Positions 30,125 through 40,700 of a stretch of DNA of 64,000 nt are shown piece by piece. How positions within the stretch are numbered: position 1 is the first letter of the stretch; each line of letters starts with the position of its first letter. Below the pieces are notes generated by a model. The model saw nothing but the letters and a program-made list of their open reading frames with translations, did no database searches and was not told the DNA's origin. The DNA is from Barthelona sp. PAP020 (lineage: Eukaryota). Position numbers and translations under genes: made by a program. Location: positions 1 through 64,000 of the forward strand of contig JARQWU010000004.1 of NCBI GenBank assembly GCA_040182905.1, given 5' to 3'.

Positions 30125-32857
30125 CTATTCAACTAAATATGCAATATCCAACTTTTTCAATATATTTAAATAAGATTGAGTCAATCCATTTGTTCTTTTT
30201 ATAATTTTAATTATTTTTTTCAAAAATTCCAGAATTTTTTCATTTTTGCAATCCATAAATGAGAATGAACAATTTAGAACTTCTGTAATAATTGGATAAT
30301 ATTCCAAAGGAATGTGACCCAATGGTTCAATATCTTCCAAAATGTCAACCAAAATGTTGTCCAACAATTTTTGAACTTCTGTTTCAATTGTCAACTTTGT
30401 GTATGTTTGATCAATTTTTTGTTGACCAACAATTGTTAAAGCACAAGCAATTGGTAGTTTAGATTTCTTTAAAAGAAGCTTAAACTCAACTGCTTCAACA
30501 TTTTGAATGGCTTCATCAACAACGTCCAATAAACTTTTGAAATAATACAAACAGCCTTCAGTTAGAGATGAAGGTATTTTGATCAACAATTCAGCAACAA
30601 TGCTAATGGCATTGACAAATCTGTGAATCCAAGATCTTTTTCTTGCCATCTCAAAATCTTCATTGTAATCAATTTCAAAATTGTGTAAAGACAAAAAAAT
30701 GTCATCCAATATTTCTTGAGCATGCAACAACAAATTAGAATTTAAAGCCAAAGATGCTAAATTGACCATGATAGAAATACGAACTGCTGGATTTGACAGT
30801 GAAGGAGCTGCTACTTGACAAAAAGTCAAACAACCTCTTAAAAGTCTTTGTTTTACTTTTGGATGCATAATTATCAAAAGAGCTCTTTGACACAACAACT
30901 GTAAAACCTCATCCCACATGCAAAATACACGACGTGCTTCATTCAACATGGATAAGATTTTTTCAAGGTCTTGATGAGTTGTTGTTGAATCAGGAAAAGG
31001 TATCCTTGCTATGATATCAACAAATTTCCCCTCTATTTCAACTCTTCTCAAAGGGTCAAACAAAATTAGATCATTATTTTGAATGACATTACGACACACA
31101 GTTAAGGCACCAAAAACCTGCAAAGAATCGGTCAATTGATAATGATATTTATGATTTGAAAGAGCATTAACAAATACAAGGTCCACATTGTCTTCTTCTC
31201 CCCCCAAACCAGATGTTGATCCATGTAAAAATGTTAGCAATGTCATAAATGGATCATTATGAAAGAATTCAACGCAATTTGGAGAACATTTAATAGCTTG
31301 AATAAGAATTTTTGCCAAATCTTTCCTGGGCAAAACCTCAATCAGAGAAACCTTTTTGGAAATATGTTTAAATATCTTTTTCAGATGAGATAACTTCAAA
31401 TTCTTACTGCTGAAAGCAACCCAACCAATAATAGCCTTTAAATAACCTTCATGATTGTAAGGTTGTATGTAGTCCAAAATTTCAATCACAATATTTACAG
31501 CCTCTGTGCCTGAAATTTTTTCAACACAGATTTCACTGAGTCTCATTCCAAACTCACTCAACAAAAGTTCAATGGAACAATTATTTGATGTATTAGCTTG
31601 TTTTATCAAATCAAAAAAAGTTCTGTTGTGATTCCAAATGAATGTAGCAGGTAATACTTCAAGAATTGCGATTAGGATAGAACCCATTGAACAACCATTT
31701 TTAACGTATTCGTTCATTAACTTATCTGAATATTTTTCATCATTATCAAATTTAAAAACTGAAGCAATACATCTGAAAGGTGCCAAAACCAGTTCATTGA
31801 CATTTTCAACAGTTAGAGCAACCTTATTTGTATCATTGACTGCGCCAGCTCCCAACATACGTTTAACTTGTACAAGATTATCACAAAAGGCATTGTATGC
31901 AATATCAACCAAATGCTCATTGTATACATGTAATTGAGCATTATGAATAGAAAAAGCAGCCATATATATTGCTAAAACAGGATTACCACATCCATTTGCA
32001 GCTTGAGCATGTCTGGAAAATTGATCCAAAATAACTTTAGCAGATGTATCATTAAATTTTTGAAGAGGTGAAGCAGCATTCTCAATAAGTGTTCTGGCAA
32101 GGAACTCACGTACAGACACAATTTTTAAAATCCACTGATTGGCCACATGTTTAGCTCCACTTGGAACCTCAATTGAATCGAAGTTTTCAGGAAACTTTTG
32201 ATTTGGCGTTAATTCTTTACATTTTAACAATATTCGATCATAAACAAGTTGAGTAAACTTATCCAATGAGTTAACAACACAGAGAAAAGCAAATGGAAGA
32301 ATCAAAACATCTGAATATTCTTCTAACATGTTACAACTGCGTACAAGTAATTTAAAAGAGTCAACAAACAATCCATTCTTCCAGCAATTATCAACATGTC
32401 TCCAAATATCTCGCAACAAAAAAGTAGCATTTGAAACGTTATCAGCAATTCCCAATTCAGCAAGGTTGAATGAAAATTCGGCATCAAAAGAATCCAAATC
32501 AGTACCTTGTAGTTGACTTATTGATTCGGCAAAATCAAAAACAAAATCAGTACCAAACATTTGTCGATTATCTTCCAAAAAACCATTGGGCTCATGTAAA
32601 TCACTCAATTTTGTTGATAACGGATCAGCAAATGGATCAGAAAAAGGATCTTCATCAGTTTCTTCAACATTCACAGTTTCATCCATTTCTTTCTTTGTAT
32701 TCACATCTTCTTCTTTAATGATAACTACTTTTTCTTCCTTAATTATTTGTAAAGGATCTTCAACTTTAATGTCTTCATAATATTCAACAAAAGGTTTCTT
32801 CTCTTCTTCTTCATGATTGTATACCCATTGTAAATCACCCCATTGAGACGAGAACAT
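30125..32857 (-). CDS. VPS35L: Retriever complex subunit VPS35L (C16orf62)
   Basis: DPL motif near the N-terminus; LDKFTQLVYDRI, NQWILKIVSVRE and GCGNPVLAIY parallel VPS35L LDTFGKLVYERI, NWFFKIASIRE and GIGDPLVSVY. Confidence 0.85.
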   Translation of the reverse strand: MFSSQWGDLQWVYNHEEEEKKPFVEYYEDIKVEDPLQIIKEEKVVIIKEEDVNTKKEMDETVNVEETDEDPFSDPFADPLSTKLSDLHEPNGFLEDNRQMFGTDFVFDFAESISQLQGTDLDSFDAEFSFNLAELGIADNVSNATFLLRDIWRHVDNCWKNGLFVDSFKLLVRSCNMLEEYSDVLILPFAFLCVVNSLDKFTQLVYDRILLKCKELTPNQKFPENFDSIEVPSGAKHVANQWILKIVSVREFLARTLIENAASPLQKFNDTSAKVILDQFSRHAQAANGCGNPVLAIYMAAFSIHNAQLHVYNEHLVDIAYNAFCDNLVQVKRMLGAGAVNDTNKVALTVENVNELVLAPFRCIASVFKFDNDEKYSDKLMNEYVKNGCSMGSILIAILEVLPATFIWNHNRTFFDLIKQANTSNNCSIELLLSEFGMRLSEICVEKISGTEAVNIVIEILDYIQPYNHEGYLKAIIGWVAFSSKNLKLSHLKKIFKHISKKVSLIEVLPRKDLAKILIQAIKCSPNCVEFFHNDPFMTLLTFLHGSTSGLGGEEDNVDLVFVNALSNHKYHYQLTDSLQVFGALTVCRNVIQNNDLILFDPLRRVEIEGKFVDIIARIPFPDSTTTHQDLEKILSMLNEARRVFCMWDEVLQLLCQRALLIIMHPKVKQRLLRGCLTFCQVAAPSLSNPAVRISIMVNLASLALNSNLLLHAQEILDDIFLSLHNFEIDYNEDFEMARKRSWIHRFVNAISIVAELLIKIPSSLTEGCLYYFKSLLDVVDEAIQNVEAVEFKLLLKKSKLPIACALTIVGQQKIDQTYTKLTIETEVQKLLDNILVDILEDIEPLGHIPLEYYPIITEVLNCSFSFMDCKNEKILEFLKKIIKIIKRTNGLTQSYLNILKKLDIAYLVE

Positions 32858-33026
32858 TTGAAAAAAAGGTGTTGCTTACTCATTTTACTTTTTTCTTTTT
32901 CAAGGAATTGACATATTTCTTTTTTGGCAGTTCTTATGTTTCATAAAGACAAATACTAATAGATTATTCTTATTAAAGTTGAAAAAATAACAATGCCTTT
33001 TTATTATTGCAAAAAGAATGACAAAA

Positions 33027-33232
33027 TGGAATTAATGTGGACAAAAGAAAATCTTTTTTGGGTTTTTGCTGTTGATTCCCGCATTAAGGTAATTCTTCGT
33101 GAAGGTTGTTTTGTATTATGCTTGTGTCATAATATTCTGTTTGCATGAATGGCTAAGGTTTTTTTATTGAAATCTTATCAAGCTTATAAATGTTTTGTTC
33201 AGCATTTGACTCATTCTTTGGAAATAATGTGG
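33027..33232 (-). repeat. Two further copies of the R2 junction motif CCACATTAWTTCCA (33027-33040 and 33218-33232)
   Basis: The reverse complement of 33218-33232 is CCACATTATTTCCAA, identical to 14344-14358. The reverse complement of 33027-33040 is CCACATTAATTCCA. Confidence 0.7.
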
Positions 33233-33437
33233 TTTTCTGTGGTTATTTTTCTGCAAACAAGATTGGTTGTTTCTCAAAAGGATTAATTCTTGCTTGTTTT
33301 CAAAAATTTCAATAATTCAACACACATATCGGGACCTAAAAATCTTGGGTCAAATGAATGTCATCCTTTTTGGTTCATTCAAACATTTAGTGCTTTTGGA
33401 CAAGGAAATGATGGACAAGTTTTCAAAAAGAATAAAA

Positions 33438-33960
33438 AATGTGGAAGTTCATGCTCAATGAACGGAATTTATTGGAGATATAAAGAGGTCATCAAATATC
33501 ATTTCCGTTATTTTTTGTTTCTTGACCATCTTTTGGTCCAATTTTTGAGTTATTTGGGCATCTGAATCCACGTGAGTTTTTCTCAAATCTAAAGCTAACT
33601 CGTTTCGTTGTTCACTGAACAACTCATACCTCATAAATATTTGGTCCAGTTGTGAAACAACTATATTTATTTACAAAGCAAGTAAACTCAGAAAACTCAT
33701 TCCAGCAAATTTCAGTCAAAATCCCAAGAGGGGAATTCAGACTGAAATGTATTTGGAACGATCAAGTGGGAGAATTTCGGAGAAATTCTTCATTCCTATT
33801 TTTTTGTATTTTTGCAAAAGCAAAATATTAAAGTCTAAACTTTACCTTAGCAAATCTAAAGTTTTTCAACAGATCAATCGGGCTTCGAAAGCCTTTAACC
33901 AAATAAACACCATTCCTTTTTATTCACACATACGGACAGTGCTTCTTGGCTTGGAAATAA
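33438..33960 (-). repeat. Repeat family R2, copy B: module Y (33960-33639) followed by module X (33640-33438); circular permutation of copy A
   Basis: On the minus strand it reads TTATTTCCAAGCC...GGACCAAAT-ATTTATGAGG...CTTCCACATT, the reverse module order of 14149-14663. Confidence 0.92.
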
Positions 33961-34126
33961 CTATTAAAGAACAGATATTATCGTACAAAACCTATAATTG
34001 GTTTATCACACTCAACTATCAGTTAGCAGCAGACAAAGAAATTAATTAAAGTTACAAAAGAAAAGTTTTCTTTTTTCTGCTTATTGCAAATAAACTTTCA
34101 TAGGAATAACTTTTATTTTTTAATAC

Positions 34127-34200
34127 GACCGTGTGGCCTAATTGGACAGGGCATCTGACTACGGATCAGAAGGTTAGGGGTTCGAGTCCTCTCACGGTCG
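34127..34200 (+). tRNA. tRNA-Arg(ACG)
   Basis: Acceptor stem GACCGTG/CACGGTC, D arm, anticodon arm TCTGA-CTACGGA-TCAGA (ACG at 34161-34163) and T arm with GGTTCGAGTCC. No intron and no encoded CCA. Confidence 0.97.
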
Positions 34201-34202
34201 AA

Positions 34203-34208
34203 TTTTTT
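34203..34208 (+). terminator. RNA polymerase III oligo-T terminator
   Basis: T6 run 2 nt after the tRNA discriminator base. Confidence 0.75.
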
Positions 34209-34229
34209 AATTTTCGAATGAAAGCGTAG

Positions 34230-34238
34230 GATCGAGTC
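34230..34238 (+). promoter_or_regulatory. Extra B-box-like motif downstream of the tRNA
   Basis: GATCGAGTC fits the B-box consensus GWTCRANNC and lies 50 nt downstream of the internal B box GTTCGAGTC. Confidence 0.4.
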
Positions 34239-34304
34239 TCTTAAATTTGAAATATTCAACACAATTCACGTTAGACGAAAGGGCATTCATGATGCAAAAC
34301 AGAA

Positions 34305-34473
34305 AATTCACACGACAATAATAATAAATGTTTATAAAGATCTTTATTGTTCTCGGTTAGAGTTTGGGGGTACTTGCAACTGAGTCGTTTTGCGTGGATG
34401 GTTCAGAACACTCTTAAAAAAAAAAGAAATGGTTCCGGTTTAGATGGGACTGGTATTTAAAGAAAAGTGTAAT
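34305..34473 (+). repeat. Dispersed repeat family R1, copy 2
   Basis: Aligns to the reverse complement of 1-165; both copies encode KDLYCS with different third codon positions. Confidence 0.75.
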
Positions 34474-34796
34474 ACTTTCCTTTAGCCCCTTGATTCACTT
34501 TAAATGTTTTCACTTATGTTCTCTTTGTGGGATTTTGATATTCCATATTGACCTAATTTATTTTCTTATATCCTTAATCTTTGAATTCTTACGATTCCAT
34601 GCTATTGCTTGAGCTTTTCAATTTTGATATCCATTAATATTAGAATTTGCAAGAAGAAACCTTTCATCTGTTCACTTTGATAAGAATAAATAATACCTTT
34701 GGGTAAAAAACCAAACTAAACAAGGTCAGTTTCTCGAGAAAAGGAATAAACAATTTTACATGATTTATAATAACGAAATGAAATGTGGTGGTTATT

Positions 34797-37700
34797 TTAA
34801 TCAATTTCACACAATAATGCAACACCACGTCTGATCCAATGAGCACCTGGATATTTCCCAGTGGGTAGTCTAATTGTCAGCACATATGAAGTTGAATGAC
34901 CAGTTGTGGATAAAACACCAGCTCTAAATGCTGTTCTATAAACTGGACAATCATAAAATTTATCTGCAGGATGTGATCCAAAAGGCATGTCTGCAGGTCT
35001 TGGTTTTAAAGCTGGAATAACAATTCTTTTGCATGGCTTGAGCCAAATGGCACACATTTCTTGGAATAATTCTTTTGGTTTAGCTTCTTCCAAACGTTTT
35101 CTCTCGATACTATAACTGGCACCTTGAAGGAATAAACCTGTAAACCAAACACCATCATCATCCAAAGGTTTCAAGAATTGCATTTGCTCAAGTTGAGAAT
35201 GTTCTGTTTTGGTTGTGGTATCTTGCCACACTGTAAAATCGAAAACTAACTCATCAATTGGAATTGAATATTTTCGAGCATAGTTTTGTAACAAACCAGT
35301 AAGGAAACTTTGGGGGAAGAACAAACCAGATAACCAAATGAATGGTAATTTTCCTTCAGATTTCCATCTACGAATGAAAGAGAAACGATCCAACAAATTT
35401 TCATACCAATTTGCCAAATTCTTTTGAGAGATAAAAGACTTAGTTTTCCACACCTTGGGAACTCTACCAAGAATCAACGCATTGGATACATCCTCTAAAT
35501 CAGCAGTCATTACAATTTTACCTTGAGTAGCCAACAACAATTGTGTGAGAGATGTTTTAATCGTGTCTATCAATCGATTATAAGAAGTGATTTCTTGAAC
35601 AAGAACTGTATTTAACGATTCCTTATAATCAACTGGAAGTTCTTCCTTCACTTTATCATCATCAAACATAAGTGGAAGACGTGACAAAATGCCTCGAGCC
35701 AATACTTCCATAGAAGAACCTTCACCTTCACTTTGAAGGGCTAATGATGGTTGGGTTTCCAAAAGAGTATCAAGAACATCCTTTGTGTTGCTGATAGCTG
35801 ATGTGATATCAGCATTAAGATGTAATCCAAACATGTCTGGAGTATCTTCTGTTTGAATGTTTCTGACATGTTGAGTTAAACGATCCATATCAGTATCTGG
35901 AGTGGGATATTCCCAAACACCCAAACCTTGTCTGTCCAAAATTCTCGTTGATTCAATAAGAAGCAATTCTTTTCTATTCATAACCTTATCTAATGATTGT
36001 TGAGAGCAGAATAATTCAAGAAGAATGGCCATTGTTCTTTCATCCCAACGATCAGTAACACGCCCACCATAATTGACGACAGATACAAGATAACGAAGTG
36101 CCTTCCAAGGAACAACAATATCATCTCCAATTGTTGATTCAGTTCCCAAGAATAGATTCAATTGATGTAATGAGATGCGAAGATCACCTTCAGTGAATTC
36201 GTATGGAATATTGAAACCTAGTGGTCCATATTTCCTTCTTTGTAAAACAACTGCATGGAATAAAGCAATGTTGTAGAACAAGGTTCTTCTGAATCGAGCA
36301 CGTTTTCTCCTTAAAACATGTTCAGAGTCTTCTTGCAACCTTGGTAATGCCATTCCCAACTCAACAACCTTTGAAGGATCTTGTGCAACATCAATGGGAT
36401 TGTCAATCAAATCTTCATTAAGGAATTCATCAAATTCAAAACTGGATTCATTTGCAATAATTGACAAATTGGACAACAAATTGGAACGAACTTCTGTTGG
36501 TGGTTCATTCGTCATTTTAACTGCATTTTGAAGTATTGATGAAGGGAAAGATTCAGTAGGCATTGATGTGAGCCATAAACGGAAATCTTTATGAGTAGTA
36601 TTTGGTGAAATACGTTCTACAATCTTTGTTAATGAAGGCATCCATGATGGAGCCAAATGACAATTCTGAAGGAGAATCCAATGTCCACGGTCAATGCCAT
36701 TTTCAATGAGAGCTTCAGCAATAGCTCCTTGACCTTGACCCAAAGAAACTGAATGAAAAGATTTTCCTGCTTTACCAACAGTTTCAGCAAAGGCCAACAA
36801 ATCAGACACAGGGTTTGCACCTGGTGAAAGGATGAAAACTAAAGGTAACGAACAGTTACTATCTTGGAAAACAGTGGCCAAATCCATGAGAGGGAATGAC
36901 AAATAATCTTGTCCAAGCAGACGAGTGATGGTTCTTTTGACATTCTGTAAAAATTTGTCAGGTCTAAAAGTTTTGATGATTAATAGACGTTGCATCATAT
37001 TGGTTCCGTAATAATTTCTTTCAGGAAGATCAAGATGCCCATCATCTTTGTTGTAATATTCTGACCATTCATCAACATGTTCACAAATATGTTGATCCAA
37101 GTCTTTGAAGCAGGGTAATTCTCGAGAAAGTGCTTTAATGTTCTTCCACATGTCTGCAGTAATCCAAGGAGCGGGCAACTTATCCGCGTCAATAAGTTCA
37201 AGAGCTGTACCTTCAGTTAGGAAATATAAGAACTCTTTTTGAGTCATCAAATCACGTCTTAATAGGAGTTTAATTAACAGTAACAGAACAAAATTTAGCT
37301 TATCCTTTGAAAACAGAGAACGACAAACATTGTTAAACACTGAATTCATGAAATGAGAGAATAGAGAAGATGAACGTGTTTCTATGCGATTTAATGGAGG
37401 CAATTGTGCACCACCGCTTGCCAATTGATTAATGTTCGTCACAGGTTGAATTTCTTCTCGAATACCATAAACAAAGAAAATAGGTGGTGAACCTTGTTTA
37501 ATTTCAGCAGGGGCATTTGCCAATGATTTTTCAAATAACTGCAAAAACCATCCCAAAGAGTATTGATACATATTATCGATAAATATTAAATCACTGAGGG
37601 CAAAATAGATAACTGCAGAAATATCGGCAACAGGTCGGAAATTACCACGCTTTTCTTCGATTTGTGCAGTTGTACGTTTGATAATTATCATTTCATCTTC

Positions 37701-40700
37701 TATTTCACGACTGGTACGTTTTGAATTTTGAAGTGTCTCAATGAGGACTTCATCTTCCAATAAATCATCACCAGCACCAAAAATTAATTCCAAAATTCTA
37801 TTTTCAGTATCTAATTTGCTCTTTTCCATGTCTGCAGTTTTGACAATGAATGAATTCTTTTTCTTTTCAAGCTCAGGTTCCCAACTTTGAACAACAATGC
37901 CCAATAATTGATCGGTAAGTCCAGCATGAGTGAGAGAAAAGTTAATGACGTTTAATTTTGCCATTTGATCTGGGGATAGTGTGGGACTAGCAAGTTTCGT
38001 TGACAGATACAAATTAAAGTCAGGATGGTAAGAAACAAGATTTTGGAGTTTAATCATCGTCACACCACCTTGTTTTATTGTACGTTTTAACAATAAAGAA
38101 TCAAGAATTGGATCAAAATGATTGGTGATATTTTCAATAAGAACAGGAGTACCCAAAGTGATACACATTTCCAATTGTTTAACCCAATTAGGATCACTGA
38201 ATTGTAAGATTTTCAAATTACGTCCTTCTTCCAAAGTCTTTATCCAGGAAGTAGCTTGTGATTGTGGATCAATGAAGAAAGGCCATAATTTTGAATTGTA
38301 GGTGCAAATACCATTTTCAGCACTGAAGTCATCATTGGGAAGCATGTTAATTTGCCAATTACGAATAACAACAGGATCTCCCAAAGTTGTTATCAAAGAC
38401 CAATCAGCACTGTGAAGAATTTCAGCACGTAAACATTCGTTACGCCACTTTTCAACCAACTGAGAACGATATGATTGAGTAACACAATTTAAATATGTTA
38501 CAAATGCAGCACTCAATAAAACATCTCCTTTAATGGTGGTTGTTAACTTTTTACTGCTTTCTGCAGCAACTTTCCAAGTTACATGTTCATCTTTTAATCC
38601 ATCAAGCAATTTTCTGGCTCTTTCTAATTGAGTTTCACAACGATTATACTCATATTCATAGCGTTCTTTATCGGATACAGCAGCTTCATATTCATCGGTC
38701 AGTTTTTTCAATGAAGCTTCTAATTTGTTCAATTCAGCTGTTTTTTCATCCAAAAGTTTTTGTAACACTGCACACTTCTCCTGTGCCTCTTTTAATTTTT
38801 CTCGTTTTGGCAACACTTCCTGAAGGACATGGTAGAAAGTATACATGGCGTGTACCCATTCACACAAAGCACCAGCAGCAGAGGAGGATTTTGTGATAAC
38901 ATCCACTGCAAAATCATCTCGTTCAATGTATGGTTGAATCTTTGCAATAACAGAGGCTTGAATATCATCTCTATCAAAATTACTGAGTGATTCGAAGAAA
39001 CGTCGAGCTCCAGATAACATTCTTTGGGCTACTGGCCAAAAATCTTTTTCTCTAGTTTGAGGATTCTTCTCAGCACGCAATCCAAACATGATACAAACAG
39101 CTTCCATTGTAACACGGACACCTTTTGGTGGGTTGGTAAAGGATGATAACTCAGTAATTTCTCTTTGAGAGATATTTTCAAGAGCAGCTTCAGCTTTACG
39201 AACTAAAGGCATGGCTTTTTCCAAATCACTATTACAATCAGCCTCAATGGCTTCTGCTTCAGCAAATTCCTTTTGAGTACTGGCTTGTTGTTTGGCCACG
39301 GAACTTCGGACACGTTCTGTTTCAGTACTTTCTTTTGCAATTTTTTCCATAATACGTTCAGCCTTTTCACCAGCCTCCTTTAATTCAGGTTTTAATTTTT
39401 TAAGTGTAATTTGCATTTCAGCCACATTAACTGATGTTTCTTCCAATTTAGCAAAACCACCAGCATACTTGGCAATGCGATTACTCAAAGCACTGGCTTG
39501 TTTTATTAAAAGCAATCTGAAATTTTCCAAAAAGTTCAAAAATGAGGTTGGTGTGACATGCATTTTCTGTTTCATTTCTTTATTGTATTGTGATGTCATA
39601 TTAGCTGCTAATGAATGCAGTTTTACCGCTGTTTCAATGTAGGTATCCATGTTTTCAACAAAATGATGCAATGGATAATCCATCAAATTCTTAATTTCAT
39701 CATGACGCATTCGTTCAGCTTCACGGTTATATTCAGGGGAATCAATAAGTCCAGAATTAAGAACAAAACGACCAACATTAATGAGAGCATCATTGGGCCA
39801 AGGTGTGAACCAATCCAAATAACAGCAATTGACTAGCGATGGGAACTGTCTTAAACGTGCTCTAAAACCTTCTCTTTCAGGAGAAAAGGCTAATGTGACA
39901 TGAATATTCTTACGACAACGATTGACAAAGAAATTCCAAATGGATAATCTTGAATCACCCATACCATGAGCTTGTGCTTCATCAGTGATATTATCAAGAA
40001 CTTCCCTTTGTTCATCAGGTTGGAACAAATTTGGAACTTCACCAAGATTCAACAAATTATTGATATCTTCGATAAATGATTCACGTAAAATTTGAGTGTC
40101 GACAAATAAAAACACAGATGGTTTGTTGTCAACACCTGCTGTACGCATTAAGTTCTTCAAGAAATCTTGCCAATCATTATTGGTAAACGATTGAGTAATT
40201 TCAGGCTGAAATATTTTCATCTCATTGATATATGCTGCCAATCTAGTGATTGATTGACGTCCTGAACCACCAAGACCCAACAAAAGCAAATGTCCTCCAG
40301 ATTGACGTAAGGTACGAGTAACTCGCAAAAGATGCTTTTCAAAATAATCAAATACAACAAGGTCCATTGGTTTATCACGATGATCAATGTTATAATTCTC
40401 CAAATACTCTTCAATTACATTATGAAGTCCACTAGAATCAGTGATTTCCGTATATAAACGGTTTTCATCTGCACCACCACTGAAGTCAGCAACTCTGATA
40501 CCAGTAGTTGGAGATGGCTTTGAAAGATCCATGACTTCGTCAATAGCACATGTCTTAAATTCTTCTTTAACGAATTTTCCCAATGTTGAAACTGCCCAAA
40601 TACGATCATCATCATCAATTAAACGATCCATGAAACTTCTTTCAACTTCATGAACGAAATGTCTCAACATTCCTTCAACAGTCTTCACTTCTGAAGGTCT

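Noticed and set aside
33457..33636. 59-codon ORF MRYELFSEQRNEL... in module X of copy B
   Set aside because: The frame is broken by a stop and indels in copy A. It may reflect coding ancestry but is not supportable as a gene.
33027..33960. CRISPR array
   Set aside because: The shared motif is only ~14 nt and degenerate, the spacers are 190-320 nt, there are no cas genes, and the context is eukaryotic.
33966..33980. U2 snRNA-like word (TATCTGTTCTT on the minus strand); also a U6-like AAGGATGACA near 33360
   Set aside because: The U2 branch-pairing GTAGTA and the U6 ACAGAGA box are absent; these are short chance matches.
34370..34473. Group I intron core (Q/R/S-like words GCAACTGAGTC, GTTCAGA, and a P7-like pairing)
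   Set aside because: No G-C guanosine-binding pair in the putative P7, no conserved P3/P4 partner in both copies, and no host exon; the substitution pattern fits decayed coding sequence better.
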